Source: Setoptus koraiensis
Taxonomy: Eukaryota; Animalia; Arthropoda
Length of the DNA: 64,000 bases
NCBI GenBank assembly: GCA_048013815.1
Contig: CM106585.1
Span: 19,096,001 to 19,160,000, forward strand
Reading direction: 5' to 3'
Shown here: positions 57,059-64,000 of the stretch, one piece after another
Numbering within the stretch: position 1 is the first letter of the stretch
Layout: each line of letters starts with the position of its first letter
Translations under genes and position numbers: made by a program
The notes under the pieces: model-generated
The model's input: only the letters and a program-made list of their open reading frames with translations
What the model was told of the DNA's origin: nothing
The model's database searches: none

Positions 57059-60000
57059 AGCGGCGAGCTGGTTGCCCCCAGTTCCAAACCGTTTCGGACT
57101 GACACAAACTGAAACAACAACAAGATGGCTCTCGAGAGGGCGGGCCGGCACCCAATAATCATCATCATCATTTCTCCCACGCGTGTGAATATCTGTTCGT
57201 GAGTGCTCACTTCCGGTGCTCTGATTGTGCCGTTGATGACGGTGTGTGCCATGTCAAAATGTTGTTATTTTCGTTTGCAGTTTGTTCGCCTTTGCCCCAT
57301 TTCGTGGCTGCTTATTGGCGATGAACACGCCTCGGTGGTCGCTATTGTTTGTGTCCTGTTGTTGCTGACTGTAACAACGGGACTATGAAACAACAACAAC
57401 AACAACGGCCATTACGATAACAATCATAATGATTGGGCCAAATAGAAGATGATTAAAACAACGACCACCAAACTGAAATTCATTCACCATTCGCCATAAT
57501 GCCTACGATGCAACGTACTACTTATGGACGGTATTCATTCGTTGAGAATATTCTGGGGGCGTTGTCCCTGGGCACCTTGCCGATAATTTTCGCAGTCCTT
57601 TGAGCACACTAAAACGTAACTAGTCTGATGGTGTTGCAAAACCAGTATCTGGCGGTTGAGAAACGACAACAACGAGGAGAGCGAAAGTCACAACAGAACG
57701 AAAAATGAGGCACGCCGTTCGTGCAGCGCCGGCCATAGTTATGAATAAATATAACTTAAAAACTAGGCCACAAAAGGGAGCGAGCGAGGGAACCGATTAT
57801 AATGCATTATTCAGTTCGGTCCCGAAAGCCTGTTTATATGTGATATGAAACGAATATAGTCAATATTGACATCAATTGCCCGCATAACCCGGCACAGGCC
57901 GGTATCGACCGTCAACGGGCGCCCCCGCCATCGAGCCGGCATATCAATTTTCTCTGCCCAGTTATGCATTGTCGCGTTCGCGAGTCGCCACCAAGCTAGC
58001 CTGTCGCTAGGTCATTTTTGCGCGCCTCGTCGTGCTCGCAAATTCACGGCAACAACGACGACAACGACGCCACAACAAACTTCAGCCAGAGAAAGTTGCC
58101 CATCACAACGACACCAACCACTACTACCACTAATGACTACCAATACTAATACATGTCAGCGTCTCTCCAACAGCACTCTCATTAATTAAGCCACAAACTG
58201 CGCCAGATCTGTGAACGCGATAGATGCACCATTTCGGGCAAGTTAATTTCGAAATAGCCCATAGTACACACAACAACCGCTATATAAATTAAACCAACAA
58301 AAGATTGCCCCATTGGCCCCATCTATTGTTCGTTAGTGTAAGGCGCCATCCAGCGGACCAGAGTAGTAATGATGCGGTTAGCTATTTGCATGAGAAAAGA
58401 ATGCATTGCGCTCACATTTCATTACCATCACTGTTTATGGCTATTTCTTGGTGCAATTGGCACTGACATCTCGCCAACAAATGGTCTCATTACTGGGCGA
58501 CCATTTCTACTAATGATAAAGTTTAATTTGCATTAATTTCTCCCCGTTTCGTCAGTCTTTTGTTTGCTGGCCGTTGAAGCTCGCACAACGTACTGCCGTC
58601 GAAACGTGGTGAAAGATTCCGTTTGGGCTCGAAAACGAGTGTTGCCAGTTTTGAAGAAAGTTTTCAAACACGCCAAACGCGCTCAAACTCGCAAACCACC
58701 TTGCTCTTTTTTTGTCTTTTTTCCAACTTAGCATAAAATTAGCCAACCTGATGAATTTCTGGAAAATTTCCATCTTTATTAGATCCGGTGGCCGCCAAGA
58801 TCAGATGTAGAAGTCGCCGGTTTGCCGGTGCCAGTGGTAGATCGATGAATCGTAAATGAATTCGGAATCCGCGAACCGTATGTGGTTGCAGTGAGGCGAA
58901 ATTGTTTAAATTTAATCGGATGGCTGTCAGATTGCTCGACTTCACTGAATACCAGCAGCCATCATGGGCCGCACAAAATTGAAACAATTCGCTCTGGAAC
59001 ACTGCTGGAGCGCTAGTCACCATCAACAGAAACTGAATCTCCTTTTCTGTTTGTCGTGTGCTGTTTGGAAAGGCGAGATTTTCGTGAGATTTTCGAGTAG
59101 GCCAGGCTATTGGCGTAGCATAGGTGCATAGCACGAAAGGAACTTTCATGACTGGCAAAAATGAACGAGAATTTAATAAGAGCTTGAATGTCTAAACCAT
59201 GAGCTGATTTGATCTCTGCTGACTGACTAGATTATGCGATATCGGATCGTGCAAGCGAGAGACACAGAGGAAGTTGTTAGTCGCCGGGTGCTCCCGTTCG
59301 CTCCCTTGAGAAAATGCGAGCCGAGCAATTGAAGCTAGGCGCGTTCTTTTTCTACAAATGAAAATTTTATCTATAGCAGACGATCGCATTATCGAGCTGT
59401 AACTCGGGTGGGATTTACAAGCAAGTGAGCCAGCAGCCATTAAGGGCCACAAGAAACACAAACACTTTATTGATATCGGCCAGCGAGATCAAGGCTACCG
59501 CTCGACTTTACTTCGCGTCTAAACAGATGGCGCCATCGATTTCCTGTTTCACAGATCAGCAGCGCCTGCAAGAGATTAGGCGGGCAGAGCTGGGGCCAGA
59601 TTAACGGCAATATGCATGCATTTTCTTTCACTGTGTTCAGTGGCGAGTCTGAATTGCATATGTTCACTTGGGGCCACATGAAATGTGGCGAGCTAATTTG
59701 TTTCTGTGCCAGCCAGCAAGCCAGACAGTTGAGGCCGCAAGAGTCAAGGTTGCTCGTGTGGTCTGTGCATGTTTCGGGGCCAAACCCGTAGGGCTTCTGG
59801 CCCCGAAACGCAAAGGTCGGGCTGACTTTTGTGTCCCGATACAATGGGTCCGTGGATTTGTCGGGGCGAAAAAGAGTGGAAAGAGGCTGCTCATTATTGT
59901 ATCATTTCGAATGGTGATTAGGCCACGCAAGAGACTGTGCTGCTTCCGAAAACTGATTTAGCAGAAAGTGGAAAAAGTGGAGAAATTTTGTGTGCCTCAT

Positions 60001-63000
60001 TTAATTGTTGTGCCAGTAACGTGAAACTGGCGGCAACCTGGCAACTTCACCTACAAACGTCCGATAATGATAAAGATAATGCATCGAAATGCATTCGTAT
60101 TGTAGCAACAGCATGTACGTGTTGTGCTCGTGATCGTCATGGTGGAAACGTGTGCCGAGAATTCGTTTCGGAAATGTTTCTGCAAGAGGTCAGCCAGCCG
60201 GAATGGCTAGCAGCCAGAATAGAGATGGAAAATGACGCTCGAAAATCAAATTTCACTGCGCGCAACACAACAGCAACAACAACAATTTCAAATACATTAT
60301 TACGATCAAGCGAGAGTGGGCTGTTGCGCTGGCTTCATTTATGCCATAAATATATAAATATCGTTATAATAATCGGATCGCCAGTATCTAATGTCTTGGT
60401 GTCTCTAGTAGCCAATCGAGGCACACGTTCTTTGCGCTATTTTAGCGCGTGTTCTTGCCTTAAATAACTTGAATAACTGGCCCCTCATACAACTTTTGTG
60501 TAACTTTCATGCATATACATAACCATTGCACATATCCATACATATGTGATACGTTTGTGATATATCCATATGATACAGATACACACAGTTTACATGAACG
60601 ACAACATCGTGTACGCTCATCATGCGACGTGATGTAATTGCATCAGCACACTATGCACGCCATCATACATAAACTATTTACTAATACTATTTTGGGGCCC
60701 CCATACTAATACTAATACTAATGCTAATACTATCTTAGATGCTATCTTTGCGATAGTATTGGCAATAAGCGCTAGTAGCTAGTCGACGACCACGTTTTGC
60801 TGCAAAGCCACTGCATGCATTAATATCTCTCTTTTATCTCTGGCTGGCATGTTGTTGTTACTGTCTAGCCATTGTTGTCGTTAGTAAACGGCACCTAACT
60901 AAAAATGATTTCATGCGCGCCCTCATTATCATGGCTAGATCACCATTGAAACTTTTGAGCCATATTGATCTCTGGATATTTGGCTGGCTGGCTCATCTAG
61001 TCAGCCAGCCAGTCAGCCAGATAGCGATGGATTGAGTGGCGGGCAAAATGGTAGACAGCGACACCGATAACGGCCCAGTGTATGTATCGTCAATTTATGT
61101 ATCAATATCGCCAGTGTATTATGTAAGCGATCAATTCCGAGCACAACGACACCGACGACAACACCATGTATTAGTTATGCTGATCGGGTGCGCTCTTCGA
61201 GGCGCCAAATTTCGTCTAAAGCCCACACTGTCGACTGCCAGTATTGCACCAAGGTGGCAAGCACATTTTTCGCCCGCCCGTTTCGTCCAATCGAGCCGAT
61301 CTGGCCAAATCGACTAACGTTGGCGCCAAATCAAAGTTGATCACTTTCTATTCTCGGCCCCATTGGCCCCAAACATGTTGTTGCGGCTGGCATAACATGT
61401 TTGGCAAGAGCACACAATTCAGATCATTATGTGCGGCCAGTTGCCAAGATTTGGAGCGAGTCATTAGGGGCGATTGTTGTGCAAAAGCTGGCATTTCGGT
61501 CGTTGTGGCCCCCGTCGACTACCTATTGATACGAATTTTGATTGGACAAAATACTTGTGTTGGCCAGCGCTACGTTTGTTGCCGAAATTGTGTGTCCGGC
61601 AACTTGTTTGTGCCAACGGCCAAGCTGTTGCGTAACTACAATCAGCACATTGTGTTAGTTATCGTCACGTTCATGAGTCGCGTTATAATAACATACAGCA
61701 GGCAGTTTGGCCAGTGATTTGAGCAGCACTTGAAGGGTCAGTTGGTCATTTAACAGCTGAGCAGTGAGACGGTCATTTAGTTGTAAAGTCTGCCGAGAAA
61801 AAGCTCAACTCATTGGGCCGCCGTCGATGATTGGTGCTCGCTCACAAGCGGGGAGGGGGGGGCCTCGCTAATAGCCCGAGGATAGCTAAAGCTGACCAAG
61901 TGGCTCAGCGGGGCCAACGAGCAACTGACTCTGTTGAACTGAGCCACCCCTGAGCGGCCCATTCGCCGGTCGGCCAGTCAGCGGTGGATCAGTCGGCGGG
62001 CCGGCCAGTGCACTAGCGTCGGGCTCCACACTAAATGATAAAGCACAGGTGTAGACAGGTGCAAATGTGTTGCCCTGGAGCTAATGTTCTCAGCGAACAG
62101 CCAATCCGGTTGAATTGTTGTTAAATCCCAAAATTCACATATTCACACACAATAGGCACCAATTGAGGCGGAATTGAGTTGAAATAAGGGGCCCCGAAAT
62201 TGGGTGTTTGCCCTATTTGCTCAGCGACGGCACTAACATATCTCTACTACACTGTTTAGGCCGCCTAAACGGGCCCCTCTTTTTGGCCGCTCAACTTCGC
62301 GAGTCTGATTTGTAGCCATTGTTGTTTGTTTGAATTTTCGCGCGTGATACATTCGTCGGTATAATATCCGTTTGGCGACTCTCGCCAGGCCATATTTTGC
62401 TTGACTCGCCCGAAAACCCGCCAACCAACTGACTATTCCAATGTCGATTATGATGTCAAAATGAACCGCGCTCACAGTTGTCACATCTCACCTTGATTGT
62501 TAAATCGATCTACCAAGCCCACTCAGACCTACAGACTATTCCCGAACTCGGCGCAGCCAGCGCCACGGCTGGGCGCCGCTAGTGGCACCGATCGGTGCAG
62601 GAAACTAGGCAAAAGTTGACAGAGACTTGTCACCAGTGAATTGTTCATTGCTCTAATCTGTCGCCAACTGGCTCGCCAACTGCGAATGCCAAACTGCGGT
62701 GTAGCAAACGCAAGTTGGGCCAATCAACGGTAAAAAATTCGGATATTGCCATTGTTGCTGATGGCCGGCAGCGTGCCGTGCGAGCACCGAAATGTGCCGG
62801 CCCAAATTACATCATAGTGCTCTGATTGTGCCCTGCAATCTGTCTGATTGTGCCCGGCAATCTGTCTGATTGTGGGGCGCATTTATTTTTGGCTGGCGGC
62901 AGAGGGCCAGATCGTATTGCCATCCAACGACAACGGGCCCAACTATAGTTATTGTAAACACACGACTACGCAAACGCGTTTGAGAGGAAGTGAATCGTTG

Positions 63001-64000
63001 CGATAGCTCAATATACGAGCGCCCGAAATAAGTAAACTTGAGCAAACAAACATCTGTTTGCATAAGCTATTTTCGGTTGTGAGTTGGATGAGATGCGACA
63101 CCAGAAATTTACTACAATCAATCAATACGACTTATATTGTCTCAGTCACTAGATCGCCGAGCAACGAGGCCGCTTTTTGTTTTGGGAGTTTCACGAAAAA
63201 TAAATAAATAGAAGAAAGAAACGCCTAGCCAAGAGCCGCACTTCTGTCTAGGTAGCGGTTATTAAAATTGTTTGAATGCGACCGTATTACTGCTTGTGGT
63301 CACCTGGCCACTCTATGGTGCATCTGGGGTGCATTTTCAATATAGCTCTCTCATTGCCAAGTGACAGTCGCTGTCAGACAGTGTGTGTGTGTGTGCGTGT
63401 GAGCGAGAACTAAACCGGAAGTTACTTTCGGCAAAACGGTCGTCTGCGCGCCGCGCACCAAAGTTAAAGTCAAAAATTACGGTTGACTGGGGGCGTTCGG
63501 GGACCGAGCTAAAACGATTTTCAGGTTTCTGTTTGAAATTGCCATTGATATACTCGGGTTGATTGAGTGCTCTCAAGATGCCTTTTTCTAGTCACTAGAC
63601 AGTTGGAATTTCTTGTCTTTGGGGAGGGATGCATTTTTTTTTCTTCTCCACGCAACATGATACAATGCGCGCACCTACCATCCGTAACACAACACGTTTT
63701 TCAGACGTTTTTTCGGCTCGTAAATTTGGCTGAACGGCTCTAAGTATTTTCCTGTGAAAAGCATGAAATTGTTGCGATTTCGAGAAAAAAAAAGACTTTG
63801 TTACAAAGTTAAAACGTTGCAACGTTTTTCTAGCTATTACTACTCTAGCAGCGGTGAGATATTCGCTCAGCTGGCGGATTTTTTCAGTTCGAACAAACTG
63901 AGACGGAGGAAAAATTGTTTCAAAAGGATTTCGTGGTCCCTGATGATGCGAATGGGGCCCCCAGAGCGAGGCAATGGATGACACAACAATTGACCGAACA

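Noticed and set aside
57203-57388. Hydrophobic ORF with a TTGCAG acceptor as a possible KCNQ S1-S2 exon
   Set aside because: In the required phase it reads FLFAFAPFRGC... and then stops, which is not KCNQ-like. I found no further KCNQ exon in the window.
59224-59232. TGACTAGAT, similar to the miR-279 5' end
   Set aside because: The match does not extend and I see no precursor hairpin.
58552-60467. Coding-like patch of 70-176-aa ORFs inside the KCNQ intron
   Set aside because: There is no recognisable domain or consistent strand. It could be a decayed gene or transposon, but I cannot support that.

Overview
This is eukaryotic DNA with GT-AG introns, not a prokaryotic window. It is most likely an arthropod. 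The mostly intron-free CDSs (for example an intronless DDX23) and the KCNQ exon wording suggest a streamlined mite-type genome, but that is inference only. There are three zones. (1) 1-8 kb is mostly non-coding, rich in tandem repeats and hairpins, with one candidate signal-peptide first exon on the minus strand. (2) 8.6-38 kb is gene-dense and holds 14 ORFs with signal peptides. Nine are small or medium secreted precursors at 8.6-20 kb in three families I do not recognise: cationic peptides mostly ending ALRRG; precursors with R-x-x-R|Q, an acidic spacer and a Pro-rich tail ending PGxxxLY; and GPVS coiled-coil proteins. The zone also has ornithine decarboxylase, three tandem S1 serine proteases (the first with Ser195->Leu) and a decayed ODC fragment between two of them. 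It ends with DDX23/PRP28, a nucleolin-like RRM/RGG gene, and two paralogous Cys-patterned secreted proteins. (3) 38-64 kb is largely non-coding. It carries hAT-like MITEs (one with a perfect 8-bp TSD), many GGGCCC-centred palindromes and one N-terminal exon of a KCNQ potassium channel. The best candidate for a new system is the 8.6-20 kb peptide cluster, which looks like an antimicrobial, venom or salivary-effector arsenal.
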